From: Sphingomonas bacterium
Lineage (GTDB): Bacteria; Pseudomonadota; Alphaproteobacteria; Sphingomonadales; Sphingomonadaceae
Direction: 5' to 3'
Assembly: GCF_028292965.1 (NCBI RefSeq)
Contig: NZ_JAQGLG010000026.1
Span: forward strand, 31,384-95,383
Length of the DNA: 64,000 bases
The notes under the pieces were generated by a model. That model was not told the DNA's origin. It saw only the letters and a program-made list of their open reading frames with translations, and ran no database searches. Positions 10,153 to 19,675 of this stretch are shown one piece after another (the stretch's first letter is position 1; each line of letters begins with the position of its first letter). Made by a program: the position numbers and the translations under genes.

Positions 10153-10165
10153 ATGGGGGAGGAAC

Positions 10166-12397
10166 TCAGAAGGTCTTCAGCACCTTGATGCCATATTGAC
10201 GCGGCGGGCCCGCGAAATCGAGGCTGCTCTGCATCGCGGCGACATAATGCTGGTTGGTCAGATTGGTTGCGTAGGCCGTTGCCGTCCAGCTGCCGTGCGA
10301 CCAGGCCAACTGCGCCGAGACGATGTTGCGATCACCCAACCGATCACCGAGCAGCGGGTTCTCGAACAATGTCGCCCATTGCGGGGCGATATGGCCGTAA
10401 CTCACCCGCGGCGTGACCTTGTCGGAGGCACCGACCGCGAATTCATACTGAACCGAAGCATTGAAGGTGAAGTTCGGCGCGTAGGTCTGCTCTCGCCCCT
10501 TCAGGTTGAGGCATGACGCACTGGCCGGACCGGTGGCCGGGTCGCACGCCGCCAAGGCCGCAATACGCGGATCGGTGGCGTAGAACTGGCCGAGCTGGCT
10601 ATGCAGCACGTTGATGCCGGCGTCGAACGAGAAGCCGCCGAACTTGAACTCGGCATCGGCCTCGAAACCATAGATCTTGGTCGTGTTGGGGACGTTGACC
10701 TCGATCCCGAACACCGGGACCGCCGGATAGCCGATGATCACCTGGAAATTGCGGTAATCATTGTAGAAGCCGTCGATCGTCGTGCGTATATGGCCGCCGG
10801 CGAAATTCGCCTTCCAGCCCAGTTCATAGGAACGGACCTTTTCCGGGCCGAAGGGCGCGGGAAGGCCGAGGCCGACCGGCACGTTGAGGCCGCCGGGTCG
10901 GAAGCCCGTCGCCACGAAGCCGTAGAGATATTGGTTGGGATTGACCGCCCAGCCGAGCGACACCTTGTACGAAAAATCATGCGACGTGTCGTTCTGCACG
11001 GCGGGGATGTAGGTGCCGTACTGGAGGATATCGACGACGTTCTTGGTGCGGCTGGTGGTGTAGCGGCCACCGACATCGAGCTTGAGGCTCGGGGTGATCT
11101 TGAAGCCGAGCTGGCCGAACAGAGCGAGCGACCGCGTCGGGTTGCGTCCCTGCAGCTTGTACTCGCCCGCGGGCGTACCCGGCGGCGTGCCGATGACGAA
11201 CTGATAAGGGTTGAGGAAATAATAGGTATCCCACAGCCCGAAGCCGCCGAGCAGCCAGGTGAAGCGCTGGTTGTCGGGCGAGATGATGTTGAACTCCTGC
11301 GACAGCTGGGTTTCGGTAACGCTGTCGAAGAAGGTGGATGCGCCCGTCGCATTGCCGTCCAGATCGGCGGTGTAGGTGGTGTTGCCGTTCTGGAAACCGG
11401 TGATCGAGCGCAGCTTGATTCCGCTATCCAGCTCGTAGTCGATCTTGAGAACCGTGCGGACAAACTTGTCGCGCGCCGCTTGGGGTGAATTGGCGGTGAG
11501 GTTGAACAAGTCGCGATAATTGGGGTTGGGCGTGGTGCTGCCGACAGGCAGGAACGGGAAGCGATCGCTATAGGGATCGGCCGGATAGGCGCCGAGGTCG
11601 AGATAGTCGAAATCGGTCTTGGACAGGATCGAGAGCTGGCTGCTCGGCTTCCACAGGAAGCTGATGCGCCCGGCGACCATGCCGACCTTGCCCTTGTTGC
11701 CGGTATAGGCCGCGCCACCTGGGCCTGTGATGTGATAGAAGCTGTCGCGCCGCTCGCCATAAAAGGCCACGCGCGCCGCGAAGGTGTCGCTAACCGGAAT
11801 GTTGATCGCGCCCTGCGCGCCGGCATCGTTGTAGTTGCCGTAATTGGCGTTGAAATAGCCGTGGGTGCCGCCGTTGATGACCGGATCGTTGGTGTTGACG
11901 AACACCGCGCCGCCGGTCGCATTCTGGCCGACGATCGTGCCCTGCGGCCCGCGTAGCACCTGGACGTTGGCGATGTCGAAATAGGGTTCTTCCTGGAAAT
12001 AACCCGGGAATGTCGGCACGCCATCGCGATAGGTGACAACGCCGGTAGTGGTCTGGCTGTTGTGTTCCGCCTTGCCGATACCACGCACGTTGAATTCGAG
12101 ACCCTGGCCAAAATTGTTGACCACGACGCTGGGCATGGCGAACTGCAGCGCGTCGACATTGACGACGCCCTTGTTGGCGAGATCGGTGCCGCTGAGCACC
12201 GAAGCCGAAATCGCCGTACGCATCAGGTTCTCGGTACGGCGCTGGGCCGTCACGACGACCTCGGTGCCGGTGTCCGTCGCCTGGCTGTCGGTGGGCGCGC
12301 TGCTGGCCGCCGGGGGCGGTGTCGTCTGCGCCGCGGCGGTACCGCACCATGCGAATGCCAGCGCCGATGCGCCAAGCAGATATGCACAAGCCTTCAT
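10166..12397 (-). CDS. TonB-dependent receptor
   Basis: Signal peptide, TonB box EVVVTAQRR, VLRGPQGT plug motif, C-terminal F. ATG 12397 with GGGGAGGA RBS. Confidence 0.93.
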   Translation of the reverse strand: MKACAYLLGASALAFAWCGTAAAQTTPPPAASSAPTDSQATDTGTEVVVTAQRRTENLMRTAISASVLSGTDLANKGVVNVDALQFAMPSVVVNNFGQGLEFNVRGIGKAEHNSQTTTGVVTYRDGVPTFPGYFQEEPYFDIANVQVLRGPQGTIVGQNATGGAVFVNTNDPVINGGTHGYFNANYGNYNDAGAQGAINIPVSDTFAARVAFYGERRDSFYHITGPGGAAYTGNKGKVGMVAGRISFLWKPSSQLSILSKTDFDYLDLGAYPADPYSDRFPFLPVGSTTPNPNYRDLFNLTANSPQAARDKFVRTVLKIDYELDSGIKLRSITGFQNGNTTYTADLDGNATGASTFFDSVTETQLSQEFNIISPDNQRFTWLLGGFGLWDTYYFLNPYQFVIGTPPGTPAGEYKLQGRNPTRSLALFGQLGFKITPSLKLDVGGRYTTSRTKNVVDILQYGTYIPAVQNDTSHDFSYKVSLGWAVNPNQYLYGFVATGFRPGGLNVPVGLGLPAPFGPEKVRSYELGWKANFAGGHIRTTIDGFYNDYRNFQVIIGYPAVPVFGIEVNVPNTTKIYGFEADAEFKFGGFSFDAGINVLHSQLGQFYATDPRIAALAACDPATGPASASCLNLKGREQTYAPNFTFNASVQYEFAVGASDKVTPRVSYGHIAPQWATLFENPLLGDRLGDRNIVSAQLAWSHGSWTATAYATNLTNQHYVAAMQSSLDFAGPPRQYGIKVLKTF

Positions 12398-12482
12398 AAA
12401 TCCTCCCCATGCTACGTCGGTAACGCGCTCTCTGGCGCCGTTGGACGGAGAATGGCGCAAATGCGCGCTGGTTTCAATACTA

Positions 12483-12500
12483 ATTCTCCACAGAGTGAAC
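12483..12500. promoter_or_regulatory. Candidate TetR operator ATTCTC-N6-GTGAAC upstream of the TBDR
   Basis: Same half-sites and spacing as 5342-5359. Confidence 0.5.
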
Positions 12501-12640
12501 GAACGAGGAGACGGATAATTTTGTCAGGGGTCCTTGGGCCAAAAGAGTGTTTGGCGGCAGCGCTGGCGCGCGCGGCATCGATGACGGGAAAGCCATTGTG
12601 AATACGAGGAAATCCACGGACCGGGCCGCAGCGACAGGCC

Positions 12641-13609
12641 TTACGGGTGGCGCACCACCGATTGACGAAGCTCACCGAAGATCGCCTGCCCCTCGGCATT
12701 GCGACAGGTCAGCTCGACCAGATCGTCGACCTTCAGATACGGGGTGAGATCCCGGCCGGCGATCGCATCGAGAGCGCGGCGCTCGGCGATGCAGGCCGAT
12801 CCGACCTTGTCCGCGTCGTGGTTCGACACGGTACCCGAGCCGATCACGGTTCCCGCGCACAGCGACCGGGTCCTGGCGGCATGAGCGATGAGCTCGCCAA
12901 AACCGAAATGCATCGCACCACCGAGCGGCTGGCCGAACAACGCACCGTTGAGGCTGACCCCCAGCGGCAGCTGGATACGTTCATCGTGCCAGTCCGCGCC
13001 GAGTTCGTCGGGCGTCACGGCAAAGGCCGACAAGGTGCTCGGCGGCTTGGCGTGGAGGAAACCGAACCCGCCACGCATCTCCCCCGGACCGAAAGCGCGC
13101 AGACTCCAGTCGTTGATGATGATCAGCAGGCGGGCGTACTGGAGGGCCTCGGCGGCGCTCACGCCCAGCGGCACCTTGTCGGTGATGACGCCAAATTCCG
13201 CCTCGAAATCGACCTCGTCGTCGAAGCCGCGGAACGGCACCGGCACATGCGGTGCGTAGAAACGGTCGGACAGGCCCTGATACATCAGCGGCGGCTCGGC
13301 CTCGCCACGCGGCTCGAACCCCCAGGCACGGGCGAGGATATGATTGTGCGCGAGGAACGCGGAGGCGTCGAGGAACTGATAACCGCGCGGCAGCACCGCG
13401 GCGAGTGCCAGCGGGTCGACCGTGATGGTTTCGGCAGCGCCGGTCTCGACTGCTTCCGCCTCGCGGCGCAACGCCGGTTCGACCTTCTCCCAAGCTTCCA
13501 GCGCCGCCTGCAAGGTCGGCGCGGCCACGGCGCGCGCGGCGCGGGTCAGGTCGCGCGAGACGATCAGCAGCGTGCCGTCGGCACCGGTATCGAGCGTCGC
13601 GAACTTCAT
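12641..13609 (-). CDS. Fumarylacetoacetate hydrolase family protein
   Basis: DFEAEFGVI, INDWSLR and GTVIGSGTVS motifs. ATG 13609 overlaps the cyclase stop. Confidence 0.88.
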   Translation of the reverse strand: MKFATLDTGADGTLLIVSRDLTRAARAVAAPTLQAALEAWEKVEPALRREAEAVETGAAETITVDPLALAAVLPRGYQFLDASAFLAHNHILARAWGFEPRGEAEPPLMYQGLSDRFYAPHVPVPFRGFDDEVDFEAEFGVITDKVPLGVSAAEALQYARLLIIINDWSLRAFGPGEMRGGFGFLHAKPPSTLSAFAVTPDELGADWHDERIQLPLGVSLNGALFGQPLGGAMHFGFGELIAHAARTRSLCAGTVIGSGTVSNHDADKVGSACIAERRALDAIAGRDLTPYLKVDDLVELTCRNAEGQAIFGELRQSVVRHP

Positions 13610-14388
13610 GCGGCATCCTCGAAGATCGCAACGGCACGCGTCCAGCCGGCCGAGGCAGCGCGGATCTTGACCGGGAAGCAGCTGACGGTGAAGCCGCTGG
13701 GCGGCAGGCTTTCGAGATTGTGCAGCTTCTCGATATGGCAGTAACCGATCTCGCGCCCGGCCTTGTGGCCTTCCCAGATGATCGAGGCGTCGCCGGTCTC
13801 GGCATAGCGCCGCGCGGTGAAGCTGAACGGTGCGTCCCAGCTCCACGCGTCGGTACCCGTCACACGCACACCGCGCGAGGTGAGGTACAGGGTCGCCTCA
13901 CGACCCATGCCGCAGCCGGCGGCGAGGTAGTCGTCATGGCCATAGCGCAGGCCGGCACGGGTGTTGACGATGACGATGTCGAGCGGCGCCAGCTCATGGC
14001 CGATGCGCGCCAGCTCGGCCTCGACATCGGCGGCGGTGGCGACATAGCCATCGGCGAGATGGCGGAAGTCGAGCTTCACGCCGCGCGCGAAGCACCATTC
14101 GAGCGGCACCTCGTCGATGGTCAGCGCACGCTCGCCGCCGCTCATCGTCGAGGCGAAGTGGTAGGGGGCGTCGAGATGCGTGCCGTTATGCGTGATCAAC
14201 TCGATCTTCTCGATCGCCCAGGCCTCGCCATCGGGCAGGTCCTCGGCCTTCAGCCCGGGGAAGAACGCCGCGAGATCGGCGACCGACTGCTTGTGGTCGA
14301 TATATTCGATCTTCGGCAGCGACACCGGCGGGTCGCTCGCCACGCCGGTTTCGAGCGGTACCGAAATATCGACGAAACGCCGGCCCAT
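13606..14388 (-). CDS. Cyclase family (kynurenine formamidase-like) metal hydrolase
   Basis: HNGTHLDAPYH signature, GTDAWSWD, HIEKL. Start at ATG 14388. Confidence 0.9.
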   Translation of the reverse strand: MGRRFVDISVPLETGVASDPPVSLPKIEYIDHKQSVADLAAFFPGLKAEDLPDGEAWAIEKIELITHNGTHLDAPYHFASTMSGGERALTIDEVPLEWCFARGVKLDFRHLADGYVATAADVEAELARIGHELAPLDIVIVNTRAGLRYGHDDYLAAGCGMGREATLYLTSRGVRVTGTDAWSWDAPFSFTARRYAETGDASIIWEGHKAGREIGYCHIEKLHNLESLPPSGFTVSCFPVKIRAASAGWTRAVAIFEDAA

Positions 14389-14390
14389 CG

Positions 14391-15470
14391 TCACACTCCC
14401 CGCACGGTATATTCGTAAAGCGGATCGTCCGCCCCGCGCTTGCCGAACAGGAACGGCTTGGCCGGGTGCTTGTCCCAGAATTTCTCGGTCTCGGGCTCGA
14501 CCCGACTCCAGTCGAAGATCACGTCTCGGTGGACGATGCCCCAGCGCCCGTCGCGCTTCTCGAACCTGTCGAGATAGCGGCCGCCGATGGTGGCGTCGGT
14601 GCCATCGGTCATCTGGCACCAGGCGACATGATAGCTTTCGACAAAGGCGTGGGTGTCGTCGGCGAAGTCCGAAAGGATGTTGGTGATGAAATGCATCATG
14701 CCCTTTATCGGCGATCCCGGCTTGGGCTTGGTGAACGACACCACATCGATGAACTCCGCCGCGGTGCCGTCGAACATGCCGTGCCGTTCGGTCGCGCCTT
14801 CATGATAGCAGGTGTGCGCCAACTCGGCGTCCGAACGATCACCGGCACGGGCGCGGCGATAGAGGATCTCGGCAATGTCCTGCTTGTCGAGCAGGCGCTG
14901 GACGGGGTCGGTCATGATATCTCCTGTGCGGTCGGGCGCGGCGGGCAAGCGCCCGCGTGAGGTGTGGCGATAAAGTGGGTCGTCGGCGGTGCGGGTGCCG
15001 CGCAGGTCGGCCGGGGCAACGGTGCCGGGGAAAGCGAGCGGACCGGAACTGACGCGCGACCAGTCATAGACGATGTCGCGGTGCTGGATCAGCCAGCGCC
15101 CGTCCACTTCACGGAAGGTGTCGAGATATCGCCCGCCGATATGGAAGAAGACCGTGCCGTCGCCCTGCACGAAGGTTTCGTGTGCGACGTGATAGCTTTC
15201 GACGAACACGTCGCCATTGGGCAGGAAATCGAACAGCGCATTGGCGATGATATGCTCCTTGGCGAGGCATATCGGACCGGCCGCCATCGCCTTTTCGAGG
15301 CTGTCGATGAAGCCATGCATCAGGCCCTGATAGGTGCCGTGATTGTCGGTGCCGTCGACCGGATGGCAGGCGCGCATCAGCGCCGGGTCGAACCGGTCGG
15401 CGCCGCGTGCACGGGCGTAGAGCAGGTCGAGAATTTCCTGCTTGGTCGCGTGATTCGAGATGGCGCTCAC
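14391..15470 (-). CDS. Tandem NTF2-like/SnoaL_4 double-domain protein
   Basis: Two homologous halves (ARGADR...VESYHVA...IGGRYLD.F...DGRW.I.HRD...DWSRV...DDPLY). GTG start overlaps the upstream TGA. Confidence 0.85.
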   Translation of the reverse strand: MSAISNHATKQEILDLLYARARGADRFDPALMRACHPVDGTDNHGTYQGLMHGFIDSLEKAMAAGPICLAKEHIIANALFDFLPNGDVFVESYHVAHETFVQGDGTVFFHIGGRYLDTFREVDGRWLIQHRDIVYDWSRVSSGPLAFPGTVAPADLRGTRTADDPLYRHTSRGRLPAAPDRTGDIMTDPVQRLLDKQDIAEILYRRARAGDRSDAELAHTCYHEGATERHGMFDGTAAEFIDVVSFTKPKPGSPIKGMMHFITNILSDFADDTHAFVESYHVAWCQMTDGTDATIGGRYLDRFEKRDGRWGIVHRDVIFDWSRVEPETEKFWDKHPAKPFLFGKRGADDPLYEYTVRGV

Positions 15471-16336
15471 ACCGCCTCCGCCGCGACCACACCCTCGATC
15501 GCACCGATCTTCTCGACCTCGCAGCGCACCACATCGCCGATCTTCAGGTAACACGGCGGTTTGGCGGAGCCGCCGGTCCCGAACGGCGTGCCCGTCGCGA
15601 TCACGTCGCCGGGCTCGAGCGTGAACACGGTCGAGAGATAGGCGATCTGCTCCCAGATATTGTTGATCATCTCGCTGGTCGACCCGTCCTGCCGGACCTC
15701 GCCATTGACGGTGCAGGTGATGCGCAGGGCATGGGGATCGCCGATCTCGTCAGGCGTGACGATCCACGGGCCGAGCGGGCCATGCCCGTCCCACGCCTTG
15801 CCGAGCATGATCGTCGGGCTGCGCTTCTGCCAGTCGCGCACGCTGATATCGTTGCACACGGTATAGCCCGCGACGACCGAGTGTGCATCGGCGACACTGA
15901 CCCGGCGGCAGCGCGTGCCGATGACGATCGCCAGCTCTGCCTCATAATCCAGCTCGGTGGATTCGGGTGGCATCGGGATGGGGTCATAGGGTCCGTTGGT
16001 CGCGGTCGGCAGCTTGGTGAACCAACGCTGGTGAACCGGCGGGACATAATCGGGATTGGCCGCCAGCACCTCGTTGATATGGCTCTGGTAATTGGCCGCG
16101 ATGGCGAGATATTTCTGGGGGCGGGTGACCGGCGACAGCAGATGCACGTCGGCCAGCGAGTACCGCGGCGCATTGGTCGCCAAGGCTCGCGCCCGCGCCA
16201 TGCCCTCTGCGCCGAGCGCCAGGAACGTCTCCATCGTCGCGGGCAATGCGCTCCCGGCCGCGATGTCGGCGATCTCGTCGTCGAGCACCACGCCGATCGA
16301 GCGGCGCCCGCCAATCTCGAAGCTCGCCAGCTTCAT
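15467..16336 (-). CDS. Fumarylacetoacetate hydrolase family protein (FAHD2/HpcE-like)
   Basis: LDYEAELAIVIG, NDISVRDWQ, GPLGPWIVT and LEPGDVIATGTP motifs. Confidence 0.92.
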   Translation of the reverse strand: MKLASFEIGGRRSIGVVLDDEIADIAAGSALPATMETFLALGAEGMARARALATNAPRYSLADVHLLSPVTRPQKYLAIAANYQSHINEVLAANPDYVPPVHQRWFTKLPTATNGPYDPIPMPPESTELDYEAELAIVIGTRCRRVSVADAHSVVAGYTVCNDISVRDWQKRSPTIMLGKAWDGHGPLGPWIVTPDEIGDPHALRITCTVNGEVRQDGSTSEMINNIWEQIAYLSTVFTLEPGDVIATGTPFGTGGSAKPPCYLKIGDVVRCEVEKIGAIEGVVAAEAV

Positions 16337-16866
16337 CGCGCGAGCTTCTCGACCAGTTCGGCGCGGAACGCCTCAGCGGTACGGTAGGTCGGGTTGGCCA
16401 GCGACGCGCGCTCGGTGCTGGCGTAGATCTCCGCGTCGCTCAGCGTGAAGTCGATCGGCGTGCCATAGGGCTGGCTGACGTGCCATGGCGTGTGGACATA
16501 GGTCTCGATCGTATTGTCCTCGGGATCCTTGAAATAGACCGTCCAGCTATTGCCATGATCGAGCGTCCACACCTTGGACACGCGCGGATCGCTCGTCGCC
16601 TTTTCGTAAACCTGGCGCAGCTGGGCGAAATCGTCGAGCAGGAAGGAAATCTGCGCCACGGTCGAGGGGCTGTCGGGCGCGCGACCCCAGGCGAGCAGCA
16701 ACTGGTGATGCTCGTCGGGCGACATGGTCATGAAGCGGATCGGCTTTTCATCCATACGCTCGTCGGTGACGACGAAGCCGAAGAAGGAGGTGTAGAAATC
16801 GGTCATCACATCGATATCGATGACGTGGATGCCGACATGGTTGAGCGAATAGTTGACGCGGCTCAT
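16333..16866 (-). CDS. VOC family protein (possible extradiol ring-cleavage dioxygenase)
   Basis: LNHVGIHV, HHQL and DHGNSWTVYFKDPEDNTIE motifs. Confidence 0.82.
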   Translation of the reverse strand: MSRVNYSLNHVGIHVIDIDVMTDFYTSFFGFVVTDERMDEKPIRFMTMSPDEHHQLLLAWGRAPDSPSTVAQISFLLDDFAQLRQVYEKATSDPRVSKVWTLDHGNSWTVYFKDPEDNTIETYVHTPWHVSQPYGTPIDFTLSDAEIYASTERASLANPTYRTAEAFRAELVEKLAR

Positions 16867-18467
16867 GACGTGCTGGCCTCCAGGCTGATCGGGTGGGTTC
16901 GCGAGACGATGCGCGGGGCGAGATAGCCTTCCAGCAGCGCGAGCGCGGCGTCGAGCGCACCATCATCGGCACCCGTGGCAAAGATATAACGGTCGGGCCG
17001 GACGATCGCCCAGCGCGCGTCGCGTGTCGCCAGCCACGCGTCGAGGCGGCCATCGGCATCCTCGCACGCGCTCGGGCCGAGGCGGACGATCTGGCCATCG
17101 AGCAGGTTCCAGATGTCGCGAGGCGAGGCGATCGCATCACGCGTGATCAGCGTAAAGCGGCCGGCGAGCAGCTTGTCGATGTGCCGCTCACCGGCCTCTC
17201 CCCCTCTTACCACGAATTCGGGCAGCCGCTCGCCGCCGCTCCCCGGGTCGATCAGCCCGGTGCGGATCGGCGGCACGACATCGGTCATCGCGACGCTGCC
17301 GGTGCGTTCACGCTCGGCGGCGCGGAAGCGGGCATCGCGCGCCAGCGCCTCGGCGCGGTCGAGCTTGCACACCTCGCCACCGGCGGCGACCGAGGCGGCG
17401 ATGATCGATCGAACATGCGGCTCGCGCTCGGCCTGATAGCTGTCGAGGATCGCCGGATCGGCCACCTCGCTGCGCACCAGCATCAGCTTCCACATCAGCT
17501 GGGCTGCATCGCGGATGCCATGGCACATGCCCTGGCCGAAAAAGGGCGGTGTCTGGTGCGCTGCGTCACCGAGCAGGAACACCCTGCCCTGCCGCCACTG
17601 CTCGGCCACCAACGCGCGGAAGCGATAGACCGCGGTGCGGATGACCGTCACATCGGCAGGATCGACCCATTTGGCGAGCTGCGGCTGGAGCCAGGCATCG
17701 GTCACCACCTCCTCGTCATGCTCGCCGGGGAGCAGCATATATTCCCAGCGGCGGTGCGTGCCGCGCCCGGGGATCAGTGTCGCCGGCCGTTCGGGATCGC
17801 ACACCATCAGTGAGAAGCGCCCGTCGCGCACCTCATCGGGAATGGCGTGATCGGCCGGCCAGCGCATCGCGCCGCTGACGTCGGTATCGACCACCAGCCA
17901 GCGTTCCTCGAAACCGATATCGTCGAGCGCGATGCCGAGCGCCTTGCGCACGCTGCTGCTCGCGCCGTCGCAGGCGAACAGGTGATCGGCCTCGGCGCGC
18001 CAGGGTCCGTCGCACCCGGCGATCGTCAGCGCCACGCCCTGATCGTCCTGCGCGACAGCCTCAACCGACGCGCCCGTTACCGCGGTAACATTGGGGAACC
18101 GCGTCAACCCGCTGCGCAGGATCGCCTCAAGCTGCGGCTGATAGAACAGGTTGCTGGGAAACCACGCTTTGTCATGCGCACGCGGGTGGGCGCGGAAAGT
18201 GCGGATCGGCGCATGGTCGGCACCGAGGTAAACCGAACCGCCAAGCGGCTTGGTCACCGCGGCGATCTCGTCGGCGAGACCGATCGAGGCGAAGACACGC
18301 ATGATCTCGGCATCGAACACGATCGCGCGGGGTTTGTCATACGGCTGCTCGCCCTTCTCGACGACCAGCGTGCGCAGGCCCGCCGCGCCGGCGAGATTCG
18401 CGGCGACCGCGCCGACCGGGCCGAGCCCCGCGACAATCAGGTCGTATCGCCTCGCGTCGCGCCCCAT
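16863..18467 (-). CDS. FAD-dependent aromatic hydroxylase, MhpA-like
   Basis: GLGPVG dinucleotide fold, ACDGASS, LLGDAAHQTPPFFGQGMCHGIRDA, C-terminal VRPDRY. Confidence 0.88.
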   Translation of the reverse strand: MGRDARRYDLIVAGLGPVGAVAANLAGAAGLRTLVVEKGEQPYDKPRAIVFDAEIMRVFASIGLADEIAAVTKPLGGSVYLGADHAPIRTFRAHPRAHDKAWFPSNLFYQPQLEAILRSGLTRFPNVTAVTGASVEAVAQDDQGVALTIAGCDGPWRAEADHLFACDGASSSVRKALGIALDDIGFEERWLVVDTDVSGAMRWPADHAIPDEVRDGRFSLMVCDPERPATLIPGRGTHRRWEYMLLPGEHDEEVVTDAWLQPQLAKWVDPADVTVIRTAVYRFRALVAEQWRQGRVFLLGDAAHQTPPFFGQGMCHGIRDAAQLMWKLMLVRSEVADPAILDSYQAEREPHVRSIIAASVAAGGEVCKLDRAEALARDARFRAAERERTGSVAMTDVVPPIRTGLIDPGSGGERLPEFVVRGGEAGERHIDKLLAGRFTLITRDAIASPRDIWNLLDGQIVRLGPSACEDADGRLDAWLATRDARWAIVRPDRYIFATGADDGALDAALALLEGYLAPRIVSRTHPISLEASTS

Positions 18468-18567
18468 CGTCCCTGCTCACCCCTCCTTGGTCGCGTGCCC
18501 TGTTGCTCGCTTGTCCGGTCGCTAACCGCCGCTGACTTGAGTGACAAAGAGCATTGGAGCCATTTCC

Positions 18568-18584
18568 GATAACCGTTGATTATC
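18568..18584. promoter_or_regulatory. Candidate LysR box GATAA-N7-TTATC
   Basis: Perfect dyad containing T-N11-A, about 100 bp upstream of the hydroxylase start. Confidence 0.6.
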
Positions 18585-19497
18585 AGTCCGCCACGGGCTC
18601 CTGCCCCGGCAGCTTGAGGCATTCCTCCCGGATGATCGCCATCGTCGCGCGCGCGCCGGGAAGAAGGGTACTGCCCTCGCGAAAGGCCAGCCCGACATGT
18701 TCGTGCGGAAAAGGGAAATCGACATCGAGCGGCACCAGCCCGGTGTCGCGCACGCTGAACAGGGTCGAGGGCACGACGGTGACGAGATCGGTGGCGCGCA
18801 CCACCGCGTCGAAGAAGATCACCGTACTGACCTCGATTGCGCCAGTCGGCGGTGGCATGCCGGCGTCGAGAAAGGCGCGGTTGATGATCGCACGGTGCGA
18901 CGGCGGATAATCGGGGATCAGCCACGGATAACGCGACAGATCGGCCAGCGTCAGCGCCTTTTGCCCGTCAAGCGGATGCCCCGCGCGCACCGCGACGCGC
19001 GGGCCGGTGCGCACCAGCGGCTCGAAGGTCAGTCCCATCGGCGGCGTCTCGTCGGGCAGCAGCAGCAGCGCGAAATCCAGTTCGCCATCGAACAGCGCCG
19101 CGGTCAACTCTGCCGAGAAGGCGATGCGCAGTTTGAGCTTCAATCCGGGCAAGGTCTCCATCACCTCGCGCGCGACCTCTGCCATCACCCCGCTCATCGT
19201 CGGGATCACGCCGATCACGATCAGCCCGCGCGTCATGCCGCGCATCGCGTCGATCTCGGCGACGGCGCGACGCACCTCGCTGTCGATCATCTTGGCATAG
19301 CGGAACAGCGTGTCGCCGAACGGCGTCGGCACCACGCCGCGCGGCCGGCGGTCGAGCAGCTTGACGCCCAGTTGCGCCTCGAGATTGTTGATCGCCTTGC
19401 TCAGCGCGGGCTGCGAAACATGCACCGCCTCGGCCGCGGCGTGCATCGTCTTGTTTTCGACGCAGGCCACGAAATAGCGCATCAGCCGGAGGTCCAT
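18583..19497 (-). CDS. LysR family transcriptional regulator
   Basis: MDLRLMRYF...AAEAVHVSQPALSKAINNLE HTH. Start at ATG 19497. Confidence 0.93.
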   Translation of the reverse strand: MDLRLMRYFVACVENKTMHAAAEAVHVSQPALSKAINNLEAQLGVKLLDRRPRGVVPTPFGDTLFRYAKMIDSEVRRAVAEIDAMRGMTRGLIVIGVIPTMSGVMAEVAREVMETLPGLKLKLRIAFSAELTAALFDGELDFALLLLPDETPPMGLTFEPLVRTGPRVAVRAGHPLDGQKALTLADLSRYPWLIPDYPPSHRAIINRAFLDAGMPPPTGAIEVSTVIFFDAVVRATDLVTVVPSTLFSVRDTGLVPLDVDFPFPHEHVGLAFREGSTLLPGARATMAIIREECLKLPGQEPVAD

Positions 19498-19675
19498 CGC
19501 ACCCGCTCCTGTTCGCGCCGCATCGTTACGCCGCCCGTTAATAATGAGAGGCGGTGCGTGATTCCGCAATCCGCGATAACCAGATGGAATTGCTTCGCGC
19601 CCAAGTTTCAATTTCACCCCTGCCAAGCCCCGGCCAAAGAGCGAGCAACGAGAAGAAACCGATATGGAGGGGAAT

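Noticed and set aside
14955-14965. TCA codon as a mutated TGA stop between the SnoaL domains
   Set aside because: YRHTSRG aligns with YEYTVRG at the end of domain 2, so the Ser lies within homologous sequence.
16863-18467. Assigning the gene symbol mhpA
   Set aside because: Only family-level similarity, and mhpBCDEF are absent.
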